Source of the DNA: Camelus ferus
Taxonomy: Eukaryota
Reading direction: 5' to 3'
DNA: 64,000 nucleotides
Assembly (NCBI RefSeq): GCF_009834535.1
Contig: NC_045696.1
Coordinates: 38,380,001 to 38,444,000 of the forward strand
The notes below the pieces were generated by a model. That model was given only the letters and a program-made list of their open reading frames with translations, had not been told where the DNA came from and ran no database searches. How positions within the stretch are numbered: the first letter of the stretch is position 1; each line of letters opens with the position of its first letter. Position numbers and translations under genes: made by a program. Positions 1 to 12,507 of this stretch are shown here, in pieces.

Positions 1-229
1 AGGGAAAAGACTGTGGTATATGCATTTTTGTAGTTGCCTTAATAATGTCTGTAGTATAATAAATATTCAGTACTTGTTGACTATGTGAATGATTAAGTGG
101 AGGAATGCATCACTGAATGTATATGGGAAAGCAAAAGTGTATTTTGATCTCATAAGTAAATTAAGTTAATCAAATTGATTGAAAGGCAAAGCCAAAAATG
201 TGTCAGGAGCTATTATAAAGCTACTTGAA

Positions 230-770
230 TTTCTGACTGTGGAGTTTGGATTTCATTTGATGATAGTGGGGGGATTACTGAAAGATTTTAAATAAGGAAG
301 TCACATGATACATATGGTTTACACCCAGAAGAAAATTTAAACCCAGGAGGACCACTTGGGAAATCCTGTAAACAATTGTTAACATCTCAGATCACCCTGG
401 ATATAATTTTATCCCTATTTAAGGAGTTCTACCTCTATCTACAAAAGGCACACTGTGACTTATGGTGAGGGATGGAGTGAGGAAAATGTGAGGAATGAAG
501 GAGTGGTGCTAAGCCCATATCCAGGAAGTGTGATAAGGCCATAAAGTGTAAAAACAGTTGCAATAGTCAGAAAGGTAGGGCACATGCTGCAAGAGAAATA
601 AGAGTAATTCAGAACAGAAGCCAGGAAAACTGTCCATGGAAAAGGTGTACTTTTAGCTGATGCTGGGTGAATGGTAAGGGGGAGAGCCTGGAGATTTAAA
701 AAACCCAGAATTACCAGTAACGACAAAAGGAGTATTTTCTGAAGATGAACCTAGCAGCAGTGTAGAGGAT
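230..770 (-). mobile_element. L2 LINE remnants (highly decayed)
   Basis: Purine-rich motifs such as GAGTTTGGATTTCATT...GATTTTAAATAAGGAAGTCACATGAT and CTAGCAGCAGTGTAGAGGATAG resemble recalled antisense L2 3' region. Boundaries approximate. Confidence 0.55.
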
Positions 771-776
771 AGTCTA

Positions 777-1045
777 AAGGTTGGCAACCTGGAGAGCTAA
801 GAATGATTTTTACATTTTTAAATGGTTGAAAAAAATGTTTGAAGAACATTTAATGACATGTGAAAATTACACAAAATTCAGATTTAAATGACCGTAAATA
901 CGATTATATTGGGATACAACCATGATCATTCATTCGAGTATTGTTTATGGCTCTTGTGATTGCACTACAGTGGCACAGATGAAAGTTGCAGCAGAGGCAC
1001 AAATGGCCCATAAAGCATAAAATATTATCTGGCCTTTTGGTTTTA
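777..1045 (+). mobile_element. MER58B-like hAT-Charlie MITE
   Basis: AGGTTGGCAAC start, GAGCTAAGAATGATTTTTACATTTTTAAATGGTTGAAAAAAA and ATGGCCCATAAAGCATAAAATATTATCTGGCCTTT are colinear with the recalled MER58B consensus. Confidence 0.85.
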
Positions 1046-2737
1046 TAAGACTGGAAAAGTTAGAAGCATAGATCAATTAGAGGCCTTACTTAGGGTAGGA
1101 GCCTTACACAGGGTATTGCAATAGCCTATGAATAAAATAATAAAGATTTTATCATTCAGCCTTTTTAAGTTGAATTTGTTGAAAGCAATGTCATCTCAGG
1201 GCTTAAATGGCAAGGAGTGTAGGGCACAAGAAAAGAATTAATGGTGGAGTGCTACAGTAAGGGCAGGGGTTCTATATAGAGTAGATCTGTGGGTGAGTCT
1301 GGCCTGGAGAAGGACTAGGAGGCCAGATTTGAACAGAGCTGTGGGACCAGGAAGTAATACATGCTTTGCAATGGGTGCATGTGCTAGTACTAAGGCAGAA
1401 CCAATGAGTGAGCCAGAACTGAACTTCAAGGGAAGGACAGGAAATTAGTTTCTTGACCAGAGTAGGCACCTAATAAATGATTACTAAAGGGACTAAACTA
1501 GAACTGATAGGGCAGTGAAGCAATGTTGAGACCATGGAGAGTAAGCAACCAAGAACCCAGGAAGGTTGTGCAAGAGTGGGCACGTTCCAAGGAGCCTGGG
1601 TTCAGGGTACGAGTGGCAGTCAGTCTTAATACTGAGCTACTATTTCCTATGCAACTTGTATTTGCAAGACACTCAATGCACTTTTGCATGTTATTTAGAC
1701 CCCTTACATTACACCTGGCAATGTAGGTCTGGCAGACACTATGCCTTCCATTTTACATTTATCATAATGGAGAATCATGAGTCTCCATGTAACTAACAAA
1801 GTTTGGCCCCTCATTTTCATGGGTCCCTTCCCAGGCCCAGGTGACTTTATCTTAAAGGAAACCTCAAATTATGTAATTTCAAGACTGATAAAACTTTGAT
1901 CTGCCTTTGTGTTTCACCTAACCTAGATGAAATTGGTTGGGGCTGGAACTTCCAATTGTGTTCTTTCTACTGCTTTCCCACTGGCTGCCTTTGTATCTTT
2001 CATGGCTAGGTGAGCCAATTCCTGTGTGACTCACCTGACAGATGAGATGACAAAATTCTAAGCAAGCAACAGATGGAAAATAGCATATGAACAGCAAAAG
2101 CAGCAGTTTCTAACATAACTACTTGGCAACCAAACACAGATGATGAAAACTACCTGAATCCCTAAAAAGAGCCACCGCATTAAGGCCTGCATATTCAATA
2201 TTCCTTTAGTGATTTGTTACGTGAATGGCTAAACTAGGTTTCCAGGTGCCCTCTGTTATTCACAAACGCATAATTCTTATGACGCTACTAAAAATAAATA
2301 TTAGTATAGAGAAAAGAAAGTTTAGCTTAAAAAATCCAGCATTTCTATTCGACTTTCATTTATTTTCCCTTTAGAACAGTTTAATAAGTGCATCTTTACG
2401 GAGTGATATAAGACAAAATAGTCACTAAACTGATCTAAGTAACTGCTTAAATAAGGGGAAATAAATGTTCATTTTATAAGTAAATATGTCATTATGTACC
2501 AAAATGAGAATAAAATGTTTGCATTTTATTTTGAAAAAGATCTTGAATGTAACAATTATCAACAATATGAAAGAAATATTTCTTCTAATCAGTACTTCAA
2601 AAAGGTGTATTATTCTCAGAAAAAAAATGAATGGTTATAATTTTATTTAGCCTATTTTATATGACAAATTTTCATTTTTGTTTCTTTCTGATTTGTCTAG
2701 AAAGGATAATTTCAGTCCCTGTAAGAATCTATTCACA

Positions 2738-2787
2738 CGTGTTTGTGTGTGTTTGTGTGTGTATGTCCATGTGTGTTTGTATGTGTA
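2738..2787. repeat. degenerate (TG)n microsatellite
   Basis: CGTGTTTGTGTGTGTTTGTGTGTGTATGTCCATGTGTGTTTGTATGTGTA read directly. Confidence 0.8.
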
Positions 2788-3124
2788 TAAAGTTTTCAAC
2801 TTTCATTGTAACTGAGTAGCTATTGTGGATACTTTTCTTCTTTTTGTTTTTTTGTAAACCTTTCTAAAGATAATGAGATTTTGCCTCCTCCTCCCATTAC
2901 CCTCGCCACCATTTTTCATTTCTGGTATTATTTTTTTTAATTTCCCTCTTTGGGAAATAATGAGGATGATTCTGCTTAGCTGTGTTTTTGAAAACTTTAA
3001 ACTAAATTGCATACACATAATGTGATTTTAAGTAGTTGAATGGGAACACATTTAATTTACTTTCCTCCTATAAAATGTTGCAGACTAACTCTTAAAAAGC
3101 ACTATATCCGATAGGCACTCTAAA

Positions 3125-3288
3125 GCAACATTTATCAGAAGGACTTGGTTGCTTATTAAAAATACAAGTTCCTGTGTCTTAGCCAAGTCCTACTGAACCT
3201 GAACATCTTAGGCTGTAGACTGGGGATATGCATTTTTAACAAACTTCCCAAGTGATTCTTACCCACATTAAAATTTGAGAACATAGAC
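3125..3288. mobile_element. MER5-family hAT-Charlie MITE
   Basis: TGCTTATTAAAAATACAAGTTCCTG, CCTACTGAACCTGAACATCT and TGCATTTTTAACAAACTTCCCAAGTGATTCTTA...TTTGAGAA are typical of MER5A/B. Confidence 0.75.
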
Positions 3289-4671
3289 TTATATATATAG
3301 CCTACCTTATTTAAGTCCTAGGAGTGTTACAAATTTATTACGATGTAGTTGCTAAGAATAAAAGGATATTCTTTATCCATAGAGGGAACTTGGGAAATCT
3401 TAGCTTAAAAACGTCTGCTAATTAAGATTCATGAAGAGAAATGGTTTGTTGATAGGAAGACTTTTGCCTGGGTCATTAATTTTTAGAAAGGTTTATAATC
3501 TTTCAGGATTTAGATTCATCTGGAAATACACAAGGGTTTGCCAACTGACACTAAAATGAACAGTTGAGTGCTTGAGTGTGGTAAGAGACATTAAGAAAAC
3601 AGAATGAGTTGTTAGATAAAATGTAATGTTGGGGAAAAACTGTCCTCCAGGCATCTATGTTCTTATAAAATGCTTGAAAATGATTTTTCCTCATAACAAA
3701 TCATATATGTACTCTTTTCAGAGCTATAATTATTAAATAGCATTCTGATATTTTTCTTTAGTGCTCCTTTGATTCTGCATTTTTAAATAAAAATAATATA
3801 TTTCCTAAGGGATGACAATAATGAAAGGTGTAGAATGGAACACCGTAGAAAAATCAGTTTTACATTTTAATTTGGAAAAGTTTGGTATGACATAATTAAA
3901 TATCATATATTAATTTGCAAATCTATTTAATTTTCTGTGCAATGTAAAACATGTTCTATACTTATAATATGATTTTCCTAGTATTATTAATAGTTTCTTA
4001 TACAACAGACAATAATACAAATATAACCAGAATGCTAATCTTCCAATACTTTAATTATTTAGAGAAAATTGAGGTATGTACTTCATACAAATACTTGGAA
4101 ATACAATTTATCTCAAGATGATTGGTATCACTACTGGAGTAGATAATACTGCATCCCAGAACTACCTCAAATCCATTTTTAGCTGCTGTATAAACCAGGA
4201 TGCCTGAAATAGTCACAGTTAACACCTGTTATTCCAGTCTGCTTATTAGTAGTGTCCCTTTTCCTCTCAGTTAACCTGACTTAGATAGCAAATTATATGC
4301 TGACCCTAAATTTGACATTCTCTTGTACTGGTAGGTAAAAGCTCCTTCTCCCCCTTAAACACTTTCACAGATCTTCTCTTTCATTACTATCCCAGGTAGG
4401 TCATAGAAGCACTGCACAAGAGACAAGAGGAATGGGCTTTCTAGTTTGACCTTCTCCCTCAATTTGGAGATGTTTGTGTTCATAAGTCTCATCACTTTTT
4501 GTTGGTTCCTGGCCTCTTGTGTTGTATAGCACCTTCCCAGAAGTGGAAAAATGTCTAGGTAGATCTCTGCTGCTGCTATTTTGGTAAAAGGAAAACTGCT
4601 TGGACCTAGATCCAGCCTTCACACAAGCCTTGTGCCGGTAATGCAGATGAATATAAAAATAGTAGAAATAC

Positions 4672-4820
4672 TTTAGCACAGTTGTTAGCCTCTGGAGTTA
4701 AAAAGACCTGGGTTTGCAACATGGCATCTTCATTCACTTGTTGGTGTGATATTGGACATCTCATTCAAACTCTCTAACCTTTAGTTTCTCTGTAAAATAA
4801 GAATATTAACAGTCCCTTTT
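4672..4820 (+). mobile_element. MIR SINE, 5' part (interrupted by L1)
   Basis: CTCTGGAGT...GACCTGGGTTTG...TGTGATATTGGACA...CTCTCTAACCTTTAGTTTCTCTGTAAAATAAGAATA matches the MIR head and core. Confidence 0.8.
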
Positions 4821-5093
4821 ACAACAGATCTAGCCATTCACCAAGGTGACCCTGGCACAGAGTGTCCTGGGACAACCCCAGCCCCCACCCAACCCAGTAC
4901 CAGCTAGCTTTCAAGGGTGGACCCCAAGATTGCCCAATGCTGATACCTGCACCATCCTCAGCTGGCCTGCCAAAGCCTCCTGACACTTACTGTCTTCACA
5001 GGGGATGCTCCTGCACAAGACCATACCTTTCAGACCAGGAGAGGTACCTGTTTTGCCTAATTCATAGAAACAAACACAGAAAGTCAAAACAAA

Positions 5094-5935
5094 ATGAGGA
5101 GACAGAGGAATATGTTTCCCCCAAAAAGAATGTGTAAAATTCCAGATAAAAACCCTAATGAAACAGAGATAACTAATTCACCTGAAAAAGGGTTCCAAGA
5201 AATAATTATAAAAATGCTCCTCAAACTTGGGAGAAGAACGGAGGAACACAGAAATTAAAAAAAAAAAAAAATACAAGGAAGACTTGATCAAAGCTGAAGA
5301 ATACAATAGATAATGAAAAATACAGGGAATCAGTAGCAGATTAGATGATACAGAAGAATGGACCAGCAATCTGGAAGACAATGGTGGAAATCACTCAACA
5401 GAATAGGAAAAAGAAAGAGAATTTTTAAATGAAAATACTTTAAGGGACCTTTGGGACAACAAGTATAGTAATGTTCACCTGAAAGTGTTCCCAGAAGGAG
5501 AAACGAGAAAGAAAAAAGCAGAAAACTTATTTGCAGAAATAATGGCGAAAATTTCTTTAGCCTGATGAAGGAAACAGATATCCAGGTCCAGGAAGCACAG
5601 AGTGTCTCAAAGTGAACCCAGAGAGATCCACCACAACACATAATAATTAAAATGGCAGAAGTTAAAATTTTAAAGGCAGCAAGAGAAGAACTAGTCACAT
5701 ACAAGGGAGCCCCTATAAGGTTTTCAGATGATTTTCCATTAGAAACTTTGCAGGCAGAAAGGAGTTGAATATATATTTAAAGTGATGAAAGGAAAAATTT
5801 ACAACCAAGAATACTTTACCTAGTGAGGTTATCATTCAGAATTGGAGAGATTAAAGTTTCCCAGACAAGTAAAAACTAAAGGAGTTCATCTCCACTAAAC
5901 TGGTCTTACAAGAAATGTTAAAGGGTCTTCTTTAA
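5094..5935 (+). pseudogene. L1 ORF1 remnant (RNA-binding chaperone), frameshifted
   Basis: Starts ATGAGGAGACAGAGGAATATG (MRRQRNM). Contains ORF1-type segments (ILKAAREE-LVTYKGAPIRFSDDF, LQPRILY, EMLKGLL*). Stop TAA at 5933-5935. Confidence 0.85.
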
Positions 5936-6066
5936 GAGAAAAAGAAAAGCCCATTGCTAAAAATAAGAAAATATTTGAAAGAAAAAAGTCTCACTGTTAA
6001 AGGCAAATATATGTTGTAAAGGCAGTGAATCTGCCTCTGAAAAAACCAGTATGAAGGGTAGTAGAC

Positions 6067-7604
6067 AAACTGTCACTACTTGCAGATACTACATGCAGAA
6101 AACCCTAAAAACTCTACCAGAAAACTGCTAGAACTAATAAATGAATTCAGTAAATTTACAGGATAGAAAATCAATATATGGAAATCTGGTGCATTTCTAT
6201 ATACAAATAACAGATAGTCAGAGAGAGAAATTAAGAAAACAATCCCATTGCATCAAAGAGAATAAAATATCTAGAAATAAATCTAACTAAAGAGGTTAAA
6301 GAGCTGTATTCAGAACTATAAGACACTGATGAAAGAAATGAAGATGTCACAAATAACTGGAAAGATATGCTGTGCTCATGGATTAGAAGAATTAATATTG
6401 TTAAAATGTCCACACTGCTCAAAGCAGTCTACAAATTCAGTGCAATCCTTATCAAAATACCATGGTATTTTTCACAGAACTGGAGCAAATAATCCTAAAA
6501 TTTGTATGGAATGACAAAAGACTCCAAATAGCTAGAACTATCTTGAGAAAAAGGAATAAAGCTGACATTGCACTTCTTGATTTCAAACTCTACAACCAAG
6601 TTATTATCAAACCCATATGTTACTGGCACAAAAACAGACACATAGATCAGTGGAACAGAATAGAGAGCACAGAAATTAACTCATGCTTATATGGTCAGTT
6701 AATCTACAACAAAGAAGATAAGAATATACAACATGGAAGGACAGTCTGTTCAATAAATGGTGTTGAGAAAATGACAGCTGCATGCAGAAGAGTGAAACTA
6801 GGCCACTTTCTTATACAATATACACAAATTTACTAAAAATAGGTTCAAGAGTTAAGGTAAGACAAATCATAAAACTCCTAGAAGAAAACATCAGCAGTAA
6901 GTGCTTTGACTTTGGTCTTAGCAATATTTTTTTTAATCTGTCTTCTCAGACAAGGGCAACATAAGGAAAAATAAACACATGAGACTACATAAAACTAAAA
7001 GCTTTTGCACAGTGAAAGGAACCATCAACAAAATAAACAGGTAACCAACTGAATGGGAGAAGATATTTGCAAATGGTATGTCCAATAAGAGGTTAATATC
7101 CAACATCTATTAAAAACTCATACAACCCAATATTAAGAAAACAAAAAATTTGATTAAAAAATTGGCAGAGGATCTGAATATATATTTTTCCAAAGAAGAC
7201 ATACAGATGGCCAACAGGTACATGAAAAGATGCTCAACATCACTAATTATCAGGGAAATGCAAATCAAAACCAGAATGAGAAATCTCACATCTGTCAGAT
7301 GACTATTACCAAGATAAGAAATAGCAAGTGTTGGCAAGGATGTGGGGAAATGGTAATCTTTGTGCACTGTTGATAGGAATGTAAATTGGTACAGTCACTA
7401 TGGAAAGCATTATGGAGGTTCCTCCAAAAATTAAAAATAGAACTACCATATGATCCAGCAGTTCTACTTGTAGGTATTTATCTAAAGAAAAAGAAAACTC
7501 TAATTCTGAAACATACATGCATCCCAGTATTCATCGAGGCTATTTACAATTGCCAAGATATGGAAGCAACCTCAGTGTCCATTTATAGATGAATGGATAA
7601 AGAA

Positions 7605-7658
<54 letters not shown>

Positions 7659-7800
7659 GGGATATTATTCAGCCATGAAAAAAAGAATGAAATTTTGCCA
7701 TTTTTTGACAACATGGATGGACCTAGTAGGTATTATGCTAAGTGAAAAAAGTTAGACAAAGAAAGACAAACACTGTATGATTTCACTTATATCTGGAATC
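6067..7800 (+). pseudogene. L1 ORF2 remnant: end of the RT domain plus C-terminal region; endonuclease and N-terminal RT missing
   Basis: [26 protein letters not shown]. Track ORFs 6462-6836 ([15 protein letters not shown]...DFKLY...YWHKNRHIDQWNRIE) and 7386-7592 ([21 protein letters not shown]) match L1 ORF2p. Confidence 0.93.
7607..7656. repeat. (CA)25 microsatellite inside the L1 ORF2 3' end
   Basis: Perfect CA run between GAATGGATAAAGAAGA and ATGGGATATTATTCAGCC. Confidence 0.98.
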
Positions 7801-8179
7801 TCAAAACAAAACAAATAAACAAACAAAACAAAAACAAACTTATAGAAACAGTGAACAAACTCATGGTCACTATAGGGGAGGAGGGTGTGAGGATAGGTGA
7901 AACAGGTGAAGGGGATTAACAGGTATAAACTTCCAGATATAAAATAAGTCATGGGCATGTAATGTACAGCATAGGGAATATAGCCCATAGTATTGTAATA
8001 ACTTTGGTGACAGATGGTAACTAGACTTGTGGTGAATATTTCATAATGCATAAAAATATTAAATCACTATGTGGTACACCTAAAACCAATATAGTATTGT
8101 AAGTCAATTATGCTTCAATAAAAAAATTCTTAGTAGAAATTAAAAATTAATTTAAAAATTTCTTAAAGTTCTTCTTTCT

Positions 8180-8255
8180 TCATACGTCTGTTAGGAGATG
8201 TGATTGAGTTAAGAGATTGATCACAGTGCATTACACATAGTACCTATTATTTTTG
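8180..8255 (+). mobile_element. MIR SINE, 3' part (probable continuation of 4672-4820)
   Basis: CATACGTCTGTTAGGAGATGTGATTGAGTTAA...CACAGTGCATTACACATAGTA resembles the MIR 3' half. Confidence 0.55.
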
Positions 8256-8683
8256 ACTATTTCTACCACCAACATAACTGTCATCAATACTCTTCCTTCT
8301 AGATAAATTATACACTTCTAATAGAAAAATGAAATATTCTAAGGACAAAAGGGATATATGTTAGCACTATCCCTATCTGTCACCTTGTTCAAAGATAAGA
8401 AATTGCAGGAAGTTACCTAACCCATTTATGCATTCAATCAACAAATATATACTAGTAGTAACCGGAAACAATACAAAGGAAAATAATAATGGCACAAGTG
8501 TGATGTTATTTTAAACCCTCTGCCTTTCAACTGGATGCCCAGGGTAGTTCAATCACAATTCTTCCTTAGTAACCTCTCCACCTTTTTCTTTCCTCCCAGA
8601 TATCAATATTTAAAGTAGAAAATTTTGATAACTACATCCTATCTCTTCCTGCTTAATGGAGGAGGTATTAGGGATAGTCTCTT

Positions 8684-9030
8684 GTATCAGTTATATATTT
8701 CTGGCCTCACCTGAGCTTACTCATATGTATATATAAAGCAGACAGGTTGCCTGGGGGCTGTGCTCAGCTGAAGAGGTGGGGTAGCTTGTTCTTCATCTTC
8801 ATGTGGTCTGTACTCCTCAAAAAGGCTTTATATGGCAATGACAATGTTCCAAGAGGGCAAGCTGCAGTGTGAAAGGACATTTTAAGCTTTGGCTTGAGTC
8901 ACATTTGATGATGTCGCATTGTCCAAAGCAAATCACATGACCAAGGACAGAGTTCTTGTGTGAGGAGAATATAGAAAATAAAACTATCAGGAGGGTTAAT
9001 ACATTGAGAATCATTAATATAAACACCTAT
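8684..9030 (-). mobile_element. old MaLR solo LTR (MLT1H/I/J-like)
   Basis: TGTATCAGTTAT terminus. CATTGTCCAAAGCAAATCACATGACCAAG is a hallmark of old MLT1 elements. Confidence 0.7.
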
Positions 9031-10861
9031 CTCAACTATCATATTGTAATTTTTCGATTGAACAAAAATACCCCTAGTATGTGTGTAAGAGTGGGAGGAT
9101 ACCTTTGAGCACTGTTTATAGCCGAGCTGAACATTAGTTCTCTCTTCTACTTCAGGCATGAAAGAACTTCTTGTCTTATTTCTTATAATAGAGGGGAGAA
9201 TTGAGCACTCTTATAATGCAGCCTTAATTTAGACTCTAATCTTTTATCATTGGAAAGCACTAATGTTTCTAACTCCATAGAAAAAGCAAGATGAATTATC
9301 TAGTTTTATTCTGTTCTCATGCTTATAATGTGTTGTACTCTCAGTTTTCCCTAAATAATTTTTGACTTTTTATGTATTTTCTATTTTAATTTAAATAATA
9401 TTTTTTACCACATTTTTAGTTGCAAGAAAATTAGAATAATTTATGGCATTAAAATGCATTGCAACAGAAAATTTGGTAATGATTTTTAATGTTATTCTAA
9501 AATTCACTAATTTGGATTTGTTCTTAAAAACATTGCCATACGTGTCTGCAAAGGTATGTATATGTTTATAAATAGTATAGTATATGAATGATAAACTCAC
9601 ATTTTTTTTACTTGGAACATGAAGTATGTAGTATAATTTGCTTAAGAGTTGGAAATTTTTGCCAAGTACTTTTATCATTGTTTTTAATATAATTGTTCAA
9701 ATGATCAAGGCATAATTTTTAAAGTCCTTAATTAAATCAACAGCTTATTTTTTTTTCTTATACGAAGGACCAAATAAATCATATAGTGAATTTCTTAATT
9801 ATTTAGCCTATAGCTGGACTTTAAAAAATTACTTAAAGATCTGTGAATCAATTCTACTGATGTAAAGAGTGAAGTAATGTAAAGGCTTGAACCAGTCTTC
9901 TTAGTGACTTACAGCAGTCAGATTGTTTTTATATTTTCATATTTGAAATGACTTCTCAAAACTCCTGAAGCTGCAGAATAGTGTTAGAGAGAAAATGTCT
10001 TTCTGATCTTAACTGAAAGCTAACTTCAGAGCTTGGGTTTTTCATTCTATGACTGGGGAGGGAGAATTATCTCTGCTTAAACAGTGGAGTCTTTAGATTA
10101 TTTAGTATAGGAGATAAAGACAAAGATAAGCCTTGAGTAAAAAATACAAAAGTGAAACAAGTGGAGAATAAGAAAAATGTTGTTTTCATGGCTATACGAG
10201 CAGAGAGAGGGACCCCAGAAGAGAGGAAAGCAAACAAACACCCCTAAGTATCTGATTTTCAGAGTCATTGAACCTGATATCTAAGAATCAAATTTTTCCT
10301 CTCAAATGATTTTTCTTTGTAATAATAGCTATGCAAAATAAGACCAGCTGTCTCAGAGGAAAGCACATTTCTTTCTCTTGCATTCCAAATAATTTCATTT
10401 GAAAGGAAACCTTGGACACCTTAGGGCAATCCTGTTTCTTGGGGAAGATAATCATTTTAGGATATGATAAGTGTAACACACATTGCAATTCCTGTAAGAT
10501 GTTTCTCTAGTGTAGGGCTTTATCTTTTCAGTCATTAAAATGAATAAATTATTTCAGATATAGTTTCATCAAGAGTGTTGTTATGTGAGCGTACAGGAGG
10601 GTCTCACAATTCACCTAAATGCATTTCTGAAAACTATAAAACAAATTAGGTCATCAAAAATGAGCTCATACTTTCATTCTAACAATTTGATCATTGAGAG
10701 TTTTGTTCCTAATGAAGAATTTAGCACCAGGGTCATTATAGATGTAACTAAAATAATTAATAGAATAATTAGGTTGTAATAACTATTCGTAATTATTGAA
10801 ACTAATTTCTTAAGTACATAAAATAGACAAATGTGTTGAACATACTCATCGCAAAACAAGA

Positions 10862-10975
10862 GCTAATGTTTACTGAACACTTCCTGTATTGAAAACGTTG
10901 CATCTAATACTTTCATGTATTATGTGATCTTCTATCAGATGCTATCCTCTTTTTATAGACAAGAACACTGAGGTT
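10862..10975 (-). mobile_element. MIR SINE fragment
   Basis: GCTAATGTTTACTGAACACTTCCTGT...TTTTATAGACAAGAACACTGAGG is the antisense MIR tail and core. Confidence 0.7.
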
Positions 10976-12099
10976 GAATAACCAATATGGAATCAACAGT
11001 AATACCTAAATTAATTATCTTAAGTACCTAATTATACTTTCTTGCCTATAATTTAGGGAAACTAATGTATTGCAGAGTATATATACAGAATGTAAAGTAA
11101 TTTCATCAAATGAGCATACATATTATAGTAAAAACTTACATTTAATTAATGACAATTTTGATGACCTTCTAGAATTAAGTAAAGCTATTTTGCAAATGAT
11201 TTGGATGACCCAGATGTCAGGTGAAAAAAGTCCAATGAATTTCTTCTTTTGTTCATAAATTTTCTCTTAACAAAGTATTACACATTCAAAATGATCAATT
11301 AAGTAATATCCTGCATTATTAAAGAAGGTCAGCTAACACTCAACCCAAGAACCTCACTGGTAGACCCAGGAACAGAACCCCTAGAGTAGAAAAGCCAGTA
11401 ATGGTGACTTGGGTGTATTAGAGATTCCAGTAGACTGATGACTACAGACATTAGAAAATTAATTGAAGAAAAAGTAGCTAAAGGTTTTTCTTCTAGGACC
11501 CAAACACGAAGAAATGGAGATGTGAAAAGTGGATTACAGAACAGGTGGAGGTGGATCTATGGGAGGACAGGACTTGGATGTGAAGCAGAAATTGGACAGG
11601 ATGGAAAACATGTATATTCCCTCTTCAGTGATACGCTTAAGATCAAAATATAGTTGGAAAAAAGATTCAGAATGGGAAAAAGGAACAAGGTTGAACTGGA
11701 GAGCTGAATGAAGGTGACACTGCCACAGTAAATGCTCATATCTCAGTATGCAAAAACCAGGGTCTGTACTTTGAACCCAGAGGTTCCTTCCTGTTGTTCT
11801 TTTACTCATGGAAACTCTGAGCAGCTCAACCCTGTGAGAAAGGATCAGTCCTTTTGTTTCTAGATGCTGATAGAGTTGGACAGCATGCCCAAAAGACAAT
11901 ATATGATTAGTTTAAAATGGAAGTAGCTCTACCACTATATGTTTATGGTAAGTGGAGATGGGGGAAGTATAAGGAGATGAGAAAGTAAAAAGAAGTAAGA
12001 CTGGGATGTTGATAGCCCATCTTTGGAAGTCACTTAAATAATACTGCCCAGGAAGGAGCCAAGATTAGATAGGAAGTAAGAAAGAAAAAAAAAAAAATG

Positions 12100-12507
12100 A
12101 TCATTCATTCATTTAACAACCTTTTAAATACCTATACTATTGCTGTGCTGCGTGCTGAAAATACAGACATGAAAAGGCACATTGTACACTGAAAAGGCTC
12201 TTAATGTAGTTGAGAAAGTAGGGAAGTATAGCAAAAATTATATGGAGGTACAGTAAGAATCACAAAGAGGTAGTCATAGAATGAATGGCTAAAGAAAGGA
12301 CGCTAGTTCAGCCTTAGTCCTTGGGAAGTGGAGAGGAGAAAGGAGGTGAAGATTCCCAGAGAATCATTGCATCTTGAAGGTTGAATGGAAATTATGCAAA
12401 TGTATAATGGAGGGTGAATATTACAGGAAGACAGAGTGACACAGAAAACATTTGTAGTTGCGATGTAGCCTAGTATGTTTAAAAATTGAAAACACAGCAC
12501 TGATGGA
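12100..12507 (-). mobile_element. L2 3' end (appears to resume after the LTR at ~13430-13530)
   Basis: TCATTCATTCATTTAACAAC...GTGCTGAAAATACAGACATGAAAAGGCACA is the antisense L2 terminus. Confidence 0.75.

Larger units (their letters stand above)
4822..8126 (+). mobile_element. LINE-1, decayed and internally deleted (partial 5'UTR, ORF1, spacer, 3' part of ORF2, 3'UTR, A-tail)
   Basis: ORF1-like and ORF2-like peptides (see the next two features). L1MA-type 3'UTR ends GTATTGTAAGTCAATTATGCTTCAATAAAAAAA. Many stops and frameshifts. Confidence 0.97.
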
